This document shows positions 20,476 to 29,956 of a stretch of DNA of 64,000 nucleotides, piece after piece; the stretch's first letter is position 1; each line of letters begins with the position of its first letter. Source of the stretch: an uncultured Verrucomicrobiota bacterium (GTDB lineage Bacteria; Verrucomicrobiota; Verrucomicrobiia; Palsa-1439); contig CAIKAP010000043.1 in NCBI GenBank assembly GCA_903825435.1, positions 282-64,281 on the forward strand. The letters run 5' to 3'. Under the pieces are notes generated by a model. The model had not been told where the DNA came from, searched no databases, and worked only from the letters and a program-made list of their open reading frames with translations. The position numbers were made by a program, and so were the translations under genes.

Positions 20476-22355
20476 GTTTCCTCCAGCCATTCATCCTCTG
20501 GGCACTGCCGTTGATGGCGATTCCGATCATCGTGCATCTGCTGAACCGGATGCGCTACCGGACGATGCCGTGGGCGGCGATGATGTTCCTGCGGATGGCG
20601 ACTCGGCAGTCAACGCGTCAAGCTCGACTCCGCGAATGGCTGATTCTGGCGTGTCGCGTACTCGCCGTGGCGGCGTTGATCTTCGCCATCGCGCGTCCGC
20701 TCGTCGGTGGCTGGCTCGGTTGGGCGATGGGCGCGGCACCGGATACGATTGTGCTGTTGCTCGACCGCTCGGCAAGCATGGACGTGCAAGACCCGACGAC
20801 GCACGTCAGCAAACGCGTGCTGGCGCTTCGTCGCCTCTCGGAAGCCGGCAAAGAGTACGTTGGCTCGTCGCGCTTCGTCCTCATCGAGAGCGCGCTCCGC
20901 AAACCGCAGGAGGTCGCCAGCCTCGGCGCGCTTGAAACTCTCTCCACCACTGCGCCAACCGACAGCGCCGCCGACATCCCGGCGTTACTCGACGCGGCGC
21001 TCGATTACGTCGTGGCGAACCAATGCGGGCGGACGGAAGTGTGGCTGGCGTCCGACCTCCAGCAATCGAACTGGCAACCGGAGTCGCGCCGGTGGGAAGC
21101 GGTGCGGACCCGGTTCGCATCGTTGCAACAGGACGTACGGGTGCGGCTGCTGGCGTTGACAGAAGTCGTGCCGGATAATGTGGCCGTCGCGGTGCGCGAC
21201 GTGCAGCGGCGGAAAACAGCGCGCGGTTACGAACTGGCAATGACGGTCGAACTCACCCGGAACAATACCGGAACATCAACCTTGCCGCTGGCAGTCGTTC
21301 ACGAGGGGGCGCGTTCGCTGGTGAATGTGCAACTCGAAGGCCAGCGGCAGAGCGTGCAGGTCACTCTCGACCTCGGTCAGCGCCAATCCGAAGGCTGGGG
21401 CTGGATCGAGTTACCCGCCGATGCCAACACGCGCGACAATATCGCCTACTTTAGCTACCCGGAAGATCTTCACTTGAAGACCGTGGTCGTTGCGGAGAAC
21501 GACGTCGCCCGGCGCGTCTTGCGAGTCGCGTCGGCGCCCGCGCCAGCGGCACTCAACGAATCATCGGACACCGTCGTGCCCGGTTCGCCGTTGAAACTCG
21601 ACGACGTGGCGATGTTGGTCTGGCAGGGCGCCGTGACGAACGTTGTGCGCTATTTCGCGGAGAGCGGGGGGACAGTCGTGGTTTTTCCGGGCAGCAAGAG
21701 CGAGGACGGCAAGTTCCGCGTCACGACGTGGCGTCGGACGGACGGGCCGCTGGCGAACGCCAAGGACGGACGAATTCTGTCGCTAGGCGAAGTCGCGGTG
21801 ACGCGACGCGAGGTGTTGAACGCGCCCGGCACGGTACTGGCGTCGTTCGCGGACGGCAAACCGTTTCTCGTGAAGCAGATGGTCGGCAAGGGCGCGATCT
21901 ACTGGTGCGCGACGCTACCGGTGCGCGAGTGGTCGAGTCTCGATGACGGCACGGTGTTGGTGCCGATGTTGCAACGCATTCTTCAGGAAGGCGGTCGCCG
22001 GTTGAGCAAGGCGGATAACTCGGAAGTCGGTGCTGTTGTTGGACAGGCGCCGCGACTGTCGGGCCAAGGTGGACGCGTCGCGACTGACGCCGGTGTGTAC
22101 CAAGTCGGCACGCGCGTGACGGCAGTGAACCGGCCTGTCGCAGAGGATGAACCGGATGTGATTGACGAGACGGCGGTGCGGACGGCTTTTGGTCCGGTTT
22201 CGTTCCGGATGTTCACGGATAAGGGCGGCGGTGCGAACGCGGCGTTGCAATCGGAGATCTGGCGTTGGTTCATGGTGGCGATGCTGATCTTCCTGACGGG
22301 CGAAGCGGTGCTGGCGTTGCCGAAACGCGCAAAGGAGCGATCATGGGCAAGCTGA
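20472..22355 (+). CDS. BatA-like aerotolerance-related membrane protein (N-terminal BatA domain)
   Basis: N-terminal MSFLQPFILWALPLMAIPIIVHLLNR (BatA_N type); 4-nt overlap with the DUF58 gene. Confidence 0.65.
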   Translation: MSFLQPFILWALPLMAIPIIVHLLNRMRYRTMPWAAMMFLRMATRQSTRQARLREWLILACRVLAVAALIFAIARPLVGGWLGWAMGAAPDTIVLLLDRSASMDVQDPTTHVSKRVLALRRLSEAGKEYVGSSRFVLIESALRKPQEVASLGALETLSTTAPTDSAADIPALLDAALDYVVANQCGRTEVWLASDLQQSNWQPESRRWEAVRTRFASLQQDVRVRLLALTEVVPDNVAVAVRDVQRRKTARGYELAMTVELTRNNTGTSTLPLAVVHEGARSLVNVQLEGQRQSVQVTLDLGQRQSEGWGWIELPADANTRDNIAYFSYPEDLHLKTVVVAENDVARRVLRVASAPAPAALNESSDTVVPGSPLKLDDVAMLVWQGAVTNVVRYFAESGGTVVVFPGSKSEDGKFRVTTWRRTDGPLANAKDGRILSLGEVAVTRREVLNAPGTVLASFADGKPFLVKQMVGKGAIYWCATLPVREWSSLDDGTVLVPMLQRILQEGGRRLSKADNSEVGAVVGQAPRLSGQGGRVATDAGVYQVGTRVTAVNRPVAEDEPDVIDETAVRTAFGPVSFRMFTDKGGGANAALQSEIWRWFMVAMLIFLTGEAVLALPKRAKERSWAS

Positions 22356-24526
22356 GCTTCGGCTTCTCATGGCCGTCGGCAATCGTCGGCGTCGCGCTGG
22401 TGGCGGCGGCGGCGTGGCTTTGCGTCCAGCACTGGCGACGGCACGGGGCGCGGCCGATGGTGCTAGGCTTGGAGATTTTCCGGTGGGTGATTGTGTGCTT
22501 GTTGTTCGTGACGCTGCTGCGACCGGAGTGGGTGAACCTTTACAAGCCGACGACACAACCGGAAGTTGTTGTGCTGTGCGACGCGTCGCGGAGCATGACG
22601 ACGCGCGACGTGGTGGACGGCAACAACGTCGTGCCGCGCGCAGACTGGGTGAAACAGCAGCGCGAAGTGGCGCCATGGAAGGCACTGGAGAAACGTTATC
22701 AGGTCCGCGTCGAGGAGTTCTCGCTGACGCCGACGAACGTTTCGCTAGAGGAAGGAACCGACATCAACGCGGCGCTGGACGGTGCGTTGAATCGTTCGAA
22801 GAACCTGCGCGCGGTGGTGTTGTTGAGCGACGGCGACTGGAACCTCGGCAAGTCGCCCGTGGCGGCGGCGACGCGGTTGCAGATGGCGAACGTGCCGGTG
22901 TTCGCGGTGGCGGTGGGGAGCGACCGGTATTTGCCCGACATTGATTTGGTCAGCGTGGCAGCCCCGGCGTATGGATTGCTGGGTGAACAGGTGTTTATTC
23001 CGTTCACGGTGCAGAGCCATTTGCCGCGCGAGGTGAACACGACGGTGTCGTTGATGGACGGCGGCGTGGCGGTGGCGCAGAAGAAGGTGACGATCCCCGC
23101 GAACGCGCAGGTGCAGGAAGCGGTGATGTGGTACCCGCAACGCGAGGGGCAGACGACGTTGACGGTGCGCGTGCCGCCGGAGGCGGAGGAGATCAACCGC
23201 GACAACAACGAGCGACGGTTCCAGATCACGGTGCGGCGGGAGACGCTGCGGGTGCTGGTGGTGGACTCGTTGCCGCGCTGGGAATATCGCTATCTGCGCA
23301 ACGCGCTCTCGCGCGATCCGATGGTGGATTCAAAGTGCGTGCTGCTGCATCCTGACCTGAAGGCAGGCGAGGGAAAGAATTACCTCCCGCAATTCCCAAG
23401 CACGAAGGAGGCGCTGTCGCCCTACGATGTGGTGTTCCTCGGCGATGTTGGTGTTGGCGAGAACGAGTTGTCGGCACACGACGCGGAGATGTTGAAGGGA
23501 CTCGTCGAGCAACAAGGCAGCGGCCTCATCTTCATTCCCGGCCGGCGCGGTCGGCAGTTGTCGTTTGAGGGGACGGCGCTGGAGAGTTTGTATCCGGTCG
23601 TGCTCGACAAGACGCAAGTCGAGGGCGTGACGTTGCCGACACCGTCGCAGTTGCAATTGACGCGGACGGGGCGCGGTCACTGGCTGACGATGCTGGCGAA
23701 CTCGGAGGACGCGAACGCGGCGGTCTGGCAGCAGTTGCCCGGTTTCTGGTGGTGCGCGGGTGTGACGAAAGCGAAGCCCGGCACCGAGGTTCTCGGCGTC
23801 CACGAGACATACCGCAACCAGTGGGGCAAGCTGCCGTTGCTGGTGACCCGCGCGGCAGGCAACGGCAAGGTGCTCTTCCTCGGCACCGATTCGGCGTGGC
23901 GCTGGCGCGCGGGCGTGGAGGATTTGTATCACTACCGGTTCTGGGGACAGGTCGTGCGCTGGATGAGCTACCAACGCCACCGGGCCTACGACCAGGGTTT
24001 CCGACTCGCGTTCGGTCCCGACAGTCCGTCGCAAGGCGAGACGGTGTTCCTGACCGCGACCGTGTTCGACTCCGGCGGGATGCCGCTCAACGACGGACGC
24101 GTGACCGCCGAGATCTCCGCGCCGAACGGACGGAGCGAACGGCTGACGCTGACGGCGGTGCCGGGTGGCTGGGGCGTTTACCAAGCGTCATTTTTGCCGC
24201 AACTTTCCGGAAAATTCCGTGTCAAACTCCAGTGTGACCAGACGGGCCGCTCGATGGAGTCGGAGTTGCTCGTGCGCGGCGTGGTTCGCGAGGAAGCTGG
24301 CAAACCGGCGCAGGTTGAAGTATTGCGCGAGATCGCCGGGATCACGCGTGGCGTTTGCGGTGCGCCGGAGGAACTGGCGAGGTTTGTAGACCAGCTCGCA
24401 GCGTTGCCCGAGGCGGCACCAGTGGAGCGGCGGGTGCGGCTGTGGTCGAACCCGTGGTGGGGCGCGATGTTGCTGGGGATGTTGACGGTCTATTGGATCG
24501 GAAGGAAAGTAGCAGGTCTGATATGA
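22343..24526 (+). CDS. Membrane-anchored VWA domain protein (Bat-operon member)
   Basis: AAAGGAG RBS; N-terminal TM region; VWA-like region (VVLLSDG…); overlaps the upstream gene by 13 nt. Confidence 0.6.
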   Translation: MGKLSFGFSWPSAIVGVALVAAAAWLCVQHWRRHGARPMVLGLEIFRWVIVCLLFVTLLRPEWVNLYKPTTQPEVVVLCDASRSMTTRDVVDGNNVVPRADWVKQQREVAPWKALEKRYQVRVEEFSLTPTNVSLEEGTDINAALDGALNRSKNLRAVVLLSDGDWNLGKSPVAAATRLQMANVPVFAVAVGSDRYLPDIDLVSVAAPAYGLLGEQVFIPFTVQSHLPREVNTTVSLMDGGVAVAQKKVTIPANAQVQEAVMWYPQREGQTTLTVRVPPEAEEINRDNNERRFQITVRRETLRVLVVDSLPRWEYRYLRNALSRDPMVDSKCVLLHPDLKAGEGKNYLPQFPSTKEALSPYDVVFLGDVGVGENELSAHDAEMLKGLVEQQGSGLIFIPGRRGRQLSFEGTALESLYPVVLDKTQVEGVTLPTPSQLQLTRTGRGHWLTMLANSEDANAAVWQQLPGFWWCAGVTKAKPGTEVLGVHETYRNQWGKLPLLVTRAAGNGKVLFLGTDSAWRWRAGVEDLYHYRFWGQVVRWMSYQRHRAYDQGFRLAFGPDSPSQGETVFLTATVFDSGGMPLNDGRVTAEISAPNGRSERLTLTAVPGGWGVYQASFLPQLSGKFRVKLQCDQTGRSMESELLVRGVVREEAGKPAQVEVLREIAGITRGVCGAPEELARFVDQLAALPEAAPVERRVRLWSNPWWGAMLLGMLTVYWIGRKVAGLI

Positions 24527-27500
24527 ACCATATTCCAGACAGTTTGAAGGCGCAGTTGGCAGCGGCGCGGAAACGGCTCTGGCTGATTGAGACGTTGGTC
24601 GCAACGCTCGGCGGCGTGTGCGGATTGGTCGGGACGTATCTGCTGCTGTTTGTGTCGGACCGTTTCTGGGAAACACCGTCGTGGCTGCGGTTCATGTTGA
24701 CGGCGGCGGGCATCATCGGCGCGGGTGTGTGCGCGTTCTGGTGGGTGTCGCACTGGACGCGGCGCGAGGATCCGCGGTCGCTGGCCCGTCTGGTGCAACG
24801 CCGGTTCCCGAAACTCGGCGACCGGTTGCTCGGCATCATCGAGTTGTCGGACACGGAACATCTGCCGCCGAACGCGTCGCAAGGCCTCGTGCGCGCGGCG
24901 ATGGGACAAGTCGCGGCGGAGGCAGCGAAACTGGATTTCACGGAAGCGGTGCCGACGCGCGGGCTGCGTCGCTGGACGCCAGGTGTGCTCGCGGCGGCGG
25001 CGTTGGCGGTCGCGGCGCTCGTGGCGATGCCGTCGGCGGCTCGCAACGCGTGGGCGCGCTGGCTGCGTCCGACGAGTTTTGTCGAGCGGTTCACGTTCAC
25101 GCGGTTGGAGAAGCTGGAGCCGAAAAGGATCGTGCCGTACGGCGAGGAGTTCAACGTGGAGGCGCGGTTACGGGCGGACTCGGAGTGGAAACCGGGGAAC
25201 GCGCGGGCACGCGTCGAGAAGCAAACACCGGTGACGGCGAAGGCGGACGCGGGCCGGTACAAGTTTGCGTTACCGGGGCAGACGAAGTCAGGGACGCTGG
25301 CAGTGGCGGTCGGCGATGCGCGGGAGCGAACGACGGTCGAGCCGGTGTTCCGGCCGGACTTGGCGGCGTTGATGGCGGAGGTCGATTTGCCGGGCTATCT
25401 GAGTTATCCGACGCAAGCGGTGGATGCGCGGAAAGGGTCGGTGGACATGGTCGAGGGGAGCAGCGTGAGTTTCAGCGGGCGCGTGAGCCGCGCGTTGCGC
25501 GAGGTCAAGGTGGTCAACGGCGCAACAGAGACGGCGAGCGTGCGCGGCGATGGTTTCACGACGCCGAAGCTGCCGTTGACGGGCGTGACGAACGTGGTGT
25601 TCGCGTGGCGCGATCAACTTGGTTTGGCAGGACGCCAGCCGTTCACGGTAAAACTGGATTGGCGGGCCGACGCGCCGCCGACAACGGATTTCCAAGGATT
25701 GCAACGCGTGGTCGGCATCCTCGAAGATGAGGTGCTGGAGTTCGAGTTGCAGGCCGATGACGATTTCGGCGTGAAACAGACTGGCGTGGCGTGGGAGTAC
25801 TCCGAACTGGCCGCAGCCGCGGAGGCGTCGAAGCAGGGCAACTATAACGTCGCCAAGGGCGCGCCGCAGATGCGGACGATGCGCAAGCCGACGCGGTTCG
25901 CGCCGCGCGTGCTCGGCATCGGACCGGGACGCGTGTCGTTGCGTGCGACGGCGGTGGATTATTTCCCGGACCGGACACCGGTATCGTCGGCGCCGTATAC
26001 GGTGTTTGTATTGAGCAAGGAGGACCACGCAAAGCTGCTGGAGCAGGCGCTGGAGAAATTGGTCGGCAAGCTGGAGGAGGCGGTCCGCACCGAGGAGGCC
26101 CAGGCGGACATGAGCCAACGGATACGCGATCAGAACAATGAGGAGATGAAGTCGTCGAAGACGACGCAGGAGTTGCGCGAGGAGAAACGGACGGAGCAGG
26201 CGAACCGTGAGGCAGTCGAGCAGTTGACACGCGAGTTGGAGAAGCTGTCGCAGGAAGCGATGCGTAACAGCGCAATCCCAGCACAGCGGTTAAAGGAGTG
26301 GGCGGAGATCATGCAGTTGCTCCAGAAACTTACGCAAGGTGAGATGCAACAGGCGCAACAGGATTTGCAGAGCGCCGAGCAGAGCGAGCAGGCGGAGCAA
26401 CGCCGCGAGGAGACCGGCAAGGCGCAGAGCGAGCAGCAGGCGGCGTTGCGGAAGTTGAAGGAGGCGCTCAAGGAGATGAACAAGTCCGGCGAGCAGCTCG
26501 TCGCCGAGAACTTCATCAACCGCCTGATGGGCTGCGCAAAGAGCGAGAACGAGATCGGCGCGGGCGTCGCCGACGTGTTGCCAAAGACCGTCGGAATGCG
26601 CCGCGAAGATTTACCGGCAGACGTACGCGGAAAAGTCGAGGCGAGAGAGAAACAGCAGCGCGACACGCAGAAACGCCTCAAGGGCATCGCGCAGGACATG
26701 GAGTACTACGTCCGCCGGGTTCCCGAACCGGCGGTGAAGGCGGTACGTGAAGAGATGGAACAGAAGAACGCCGTCGAGCAGTTGGGCGGCGTGGCGGAGT
26801 TGATCCGCGACAACCGGATGGCGCAGGCGCAAGAGGACGCGGGCAAGTGGGAGAAACAGTTTAAGGAGTGGGCGGAGTCGCTCCAGAAGAAGGGCGGAGG
26901 CGGTGGTGGCGGAGGGGGCGGAGGGGGCGAGATGCCGCCGGAGTTGCTGGAGTTGCTGGTGAAACTGATGCGAATTCGACAGCAGGAACAGGAGTTGCGT
27001 GAGCAGACGCGAATCCTCGACGACACGAAGGAAGGCAACAAGCACTACACGGAACGCGCCGAAGATCTGGCACGATGGCAAGCTGATTTGCGGAAGCGAA
27101 TGGAAGCCGCTCCCGAAGAAGTGAAGCTGCCTGATGAGATTATGCAAAAATTGGACAAGCTTTTTGACGCCGTCGTGGCCGCGATGGCCGACGCGCGTCA
27201 GTTGCTCGCCAAGCCCGACACCGGCGGCGAGACGCTCGGCGCGGAGACGGCGGTCATCGAGTTGCTCTCGGCGACTTGTGAGCAGTGCCAGAATTCAAGC
27301 AAAGGCGGCAGCAGTAGCGCGCAGATGCAGGCGTTGATGCGGATGCTCCAGCAGATGGCGCAGCGCATGGGCCAGCCCGGCCAGCGTCCCGGCGGCAACT
27401 GGAGCGGCGGCGGCACCGACAACGCCAGCCCGAACACCACCGGTACCGCCGGTGCAGGTCGCGGCCAGCGCGGCGTCGAGAAAACTGGCGGGCACGACAC

Positions 27501-27573
27501 GTCGGCGTGGCCCACGGAGTTCCGGGATGCGTTGGAAGGCTACTTCAATTCCATCGAAGGAGGTGGCAAGTGA
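24523..27573 (+). CDS. Large membrane protein with extended coiled-coil and poly-Gly tract (Bat-operon member)
   Basis: ATGA overlap with the upstream gene; two N-terminal TM helices; E/Q/K-rich coiled coil from approx 26050 to 27100; G13 tract encoded at approx 26895-26930. Confidence 0.55.
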   Translation: MNHIPDSLKAQLAAARKRLWLIETLVATLGGVCGLVGTYLLLFVSDRFWETPSWLRFMLTAAGIIGAGVCAFWWVSHWTRREDPRSLARLVQRRFPKLGDRLLGIIELSDTEHLPPNASQGLVRAAMGQVAAEAAKLDFTEAVPTRGLRRWTPGVLAAAALAVAALVAMPSAARNAWARWLRPTSFVERFTFTRLEKLEPKRIVPYGEEFNVEARLRADSEWKPGNARARVEKQTPVTAKADAGRYKFALPGQTKSGTLAVAVGDARERTTVEPVFRPDLAALMAEVDLPGYLSYPTQAVDARKGSVDMVEGSSVSFSGRVSRALREVKVVNGATETASVRGDGFTTPKLPLTGVTNVVFAWRDQLGLAGRQPFTVKLDWRADAPPTTDFQGLQRVVGILEDEVLEFELQADDDFGVKQTGVAWEYSELAAAAEASKQGNYNVAKGAPQMRTMRKPTRFAPRVLGIGPGRVSLRATAVDYFPDRTPVSSAPYTVFVLSKEDHAKLLEQALEKLVGKLEEAVRTEEAQADMSQRIRDQNNEEMKSSKTTQELREEKRTEQANREAVEQLTRELEKLSQEAMRNSAIPAQRLKEWAEIMQLLQKLTQGEMQQAQQDLQSAEQSEQAEQRREETGKAQSEQQAALRKLKEALKEMNKSGEQLVAENFINRLMGCAKSENEIGAGVADVLPKTVGMRREDLPADVRGKVEAREKQQRDTQKRLKGIAQDMEYYVRRVPEPAVKAVREEMEQKNAVEQLGGVAELIRDNRMAQAQEDAGKWEKQFKEWAESLQKKGGGGGGGGGGGGEMPPELLELLVKLMRIRQQEQELREQTRILDDTKEGNKHYTERAEDLARWQADLRKRMEAAPEEVKLPDEIMQKLDKLFDAVVAAMADARQLLAKPDTGGETLGAETAVIELLSATCEQCQNSSKGGSSSAQMQALMRMLQQMAQRMGQPGQRPGGNWSGGGTDNASPNTTGTAGAGRGQRGVEKTGGHDTSAWPTEFRDALEGYFNSIEGGGK

Positions 27574-28559
27574 AGCGGATCACGCTGTTGATTGTGTTGC
27601 TGGCGGTGGCGACTGGCTGGAGCCAGGAGTTGTTTGTACAACGCGGCGAGCCGGTTCCGCTGGAAGTGGAAAAGATGTATTTGAAAGGGTTGAAGTTTCT
27701 CTCGACAGAACTATCATCGGGCCGCAGTGGTTCGTCTCGCGGCGGCGAGAGCGGCTCCGGCGTGACCGGGCTGGCGGTATTGGCGATGTTGGCGCACGGT
27801 GATGACCCGAACGTCGGGCCGTACGCTGTTGCCATCCACAAAGGTATCAAGAGCATCCTTGAGGCAGCGGACAAACGGACGGGCTACATCGGTCCCTCGA
27901 TGTATCACCACGGTTTTGCGACACTGGCGCTGGCTGAAGCGTACGGCAGTGTGAAGCAGGCGGGCATCGGCCCGACGTTGCAGAAGGCGGTTGACCTGAT
28001 TGTGGCATCGCAGAAACGCAACAGCTACGGCGCATGGCGCTATTCCGCCGAGAGCAACGATGCCGACACGACGGTGTCCGGCGCACAGATGGTGGCGTTG
28101 TGTGCGGCGCGCAATGCGGGTATCGGCGTGCCCGACGAGGCGATCAAGAAAGGGTTGCAGTTTTACAAGAATTGCCAGGACACCAGCGGCGGCATCGGCT
28201 ACACGAGCGCGGGCGGCCCGAACGTAACGCGCACGGCCATCGGCACGCTGGTGTTCACGTTGGCCGGGCAAAAGGACTCGGCGGCGTACAAGGCGGCGGC
28301 GGGTTACCTCAAGAGCAGCGGCTGGCAGGAAGGTTCACAGATGGCGACGTTCTACATGGAGTACTACGCCTCACAGGCCGCTTTCCACATGGACGAGAAG
28401 ACGTGGGCGGAGTGGAACGCTGAAAACGTCAAACGGCTCTCCATCAGCCAGGCGGCGGATGGAAGTTGGCCCGGCACACAAGGGCCGATTTTCTCCACGA
28501 GCGCAGCGCTGTTGTCGCTGGCGTTGAACTACCGGTTCCTGCCGATCTACGAACGATAA
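27569..28559 (+). CDS. Prenyltransferase/squalene-oxidase-repeat (alpha/alpha-toroid) protein, secreted
   Basis: GTG start overlapping the upstream stop (GTGA) with a GAAGGAGG RBS; signal peptide; repeated …GYIG…/…GGIGYT… terpenoid-cyclase-like repeats. Confidence 0.6.
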
Positions 28560-28562
28560 AGG

Positions 28563-28590
28563 ACAAGAAAAGAACCGTCAGTTCTTTTTG
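28563..28590. terminator. Putative bidirectional rho-independent terminator hairpin
   Basis: AAGAAAAGAACCGTCAGTTCTTTTTGTT between convergent genes. Confidence 0.35.
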
Positions 28591-28961
28591 TTGCTCTTCT
28601 TCGGCTTCGCTTCCTCTGTGCCGCTGCCACCGGAAGTGAGTTCAATCTTGCTGAGGTTGGAGGGGCTTCCTGTGACGCTGGCTTTCATTCCTTTCTCGAT
28701 CTTGTCGATCGTGCCCGATTTGCCGTCAATCAGGATCGTGGTGATCTTCGTGAGCTTGTAAACATCGGGGGAACTCTTGCCGGTTTTGACCGTCACGGTC
28801 ATGGCGGTTGTGTCCACGTCAGTCACTGTCGGCGGCTCAGCCGGTAGTGGCTTGGGGTTATCATGACGATTGTGGTAGGTCGCGCCAAACGCCGTGCCGA
28901 AAACTCCGCCGACACAGAGAACCATTGTCAACGTTGCCAGCTTGAGTGTAAGTTTTTTCAT
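28578..28961 (-). CDS. Small secreted/lipoprotein-like protein (127 aa)
   Basis: Signal peptide MKKLTLKLATLTMVLCVGG; the long upstream extension in the ORF table is low-complexity and implausible. Confidence 0.5.
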   Translation of the reverse strand: MKKLTLKLATLTMVLCVGGVFGTAFGATYHNRHDNPKPLPAEPPTVTDVDTTAMTVTVKTGKSSPDVYKLTKITTILIDGKSGTIDKIEKGMKASVTGSPSNLSKIELTSGGSGTEEAKPKKSNKKN

Positions 28962-29088
28962 ATACCTGCCTTTCGGGTTGCTTATTGTAACACCGCGTCG
29001 ATCATTTGGTTTCACGGTTTTTATTGCGGGTGGCAGGCGGGTTGAGAATTTCTTTCGCCTTCTGGCCGGTTCATGTATTCTCCGCGCC

Positions 29089-29928
29089 ATGCGGATTATC
29101 GAGGTCATCCAGCGTACGGCGCCGTTCTTCGAGAAGCAGGGCGTCGAAAGCCCGCGGCTGACGATCGAGCTGTTGCTAGCGCACTTGCTGAAGAAGCGGC
29201 GACTCGACCTGTATTTGGAATTCGAGCGTGAGCTGGACGCGGTGACGTTGGAAAAGCTGCGCGAGATGGTGCGGCGGCGTGCGAGTGGCGAGCCGTTGCA
29301 ATACATCACAGGTGAAGCGGATTTTTTCGGGATGAAGTTCGCAGTGGACCGACGGGTGTTGATTCCGCGGCCGGAGACAGAGCTTCTCGTTGAAACGGCT
29401 ATGGGCCGTCTGAAGGGAGTTGTCAGAGTTGTTGATCTTTGTACCGGGAGCGGTTGCATTGCGGTGACGTTGGCGAAGAAACTAGAAGGCGAAGTTTATG
29501 CCACCGATGTCAGCGCGGAGGCATTGGCGGTGGCGGAGGAGAACGCAAAACGTCACGAAATCGAAAAAAAGATTCGCTTTCTGCGAGGTGACTTGTTAGA
29601 AATCCTGCCAGACAGCTTGGCGGCGGACGCGATCGTATCCAATCCGCCGTATATCGCCAGTGGGGACTGGGCGAGGCTGCCCAAGGAGGTAAGAGAGTTT
29701 GAGCCAGTGCAAGCATTGGTCGCGGGTGAGGATGGGCTCGACTTCTACCGGCGCATCGTGGGGAATGCGCGCCGTTTCTTGCTTCCAGAAGGCTTTCTTT
29801 GCCTAGAACTTGGCGATGGCCAGCGTCCTGACGTGGAACGTTTGTGCGTCGAAAACAGTTGGACGGTGGAGCAGACTGTGAAGGATTTGCAGGGCAAGGA
29901 GCGCGTGATCGTCGCGCGCCCGAAGTGA
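29089..29928 (+). CDS. prmC: Release-factor glutamine N5-methyltransferase
   Basis: NPPY motif (IVSNPPYI), SAM-binding VVDLCTGSGCIA; start at MRIIEV…. Confidence 0.85.
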   Translation: MRIIEVIQRTAPFFEKQGVESPRLTIELLLAHLLKKRRLDLYLEFERELDAVTLEKLREMVRRRASGEPLQYITGEADFFGMKFAVDRRVLIPRPETELLVETAMGRLKGVVRVVDLCTGSGCIAVTLAKKLEGEVYATDVSAEALAVAEENAKRHEIEKKIRFLRGDLLEILPDSLAADAIVSNPPYIASGDWARLPKEVREFEPVQALVAGEDGLDFYRRIVGNARRFLLPEGFLCLELGDGQRPDVERLCVENSWTVEQTVKDLQGKERVIVARPK

Positions 29929-29956
29929 ACAGATAGCTCAAACCAAGGAGGGAGCT

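Noticed and set aside
28962-29459. 293-aa minus-strand ORF extending the small secreted protein gene upstream
   Set aside because: The extension is low-complexity (R/S-rich) and overlaps prmC on the opposite strand; the signal-peptide Met at 28961 is the sensible start.
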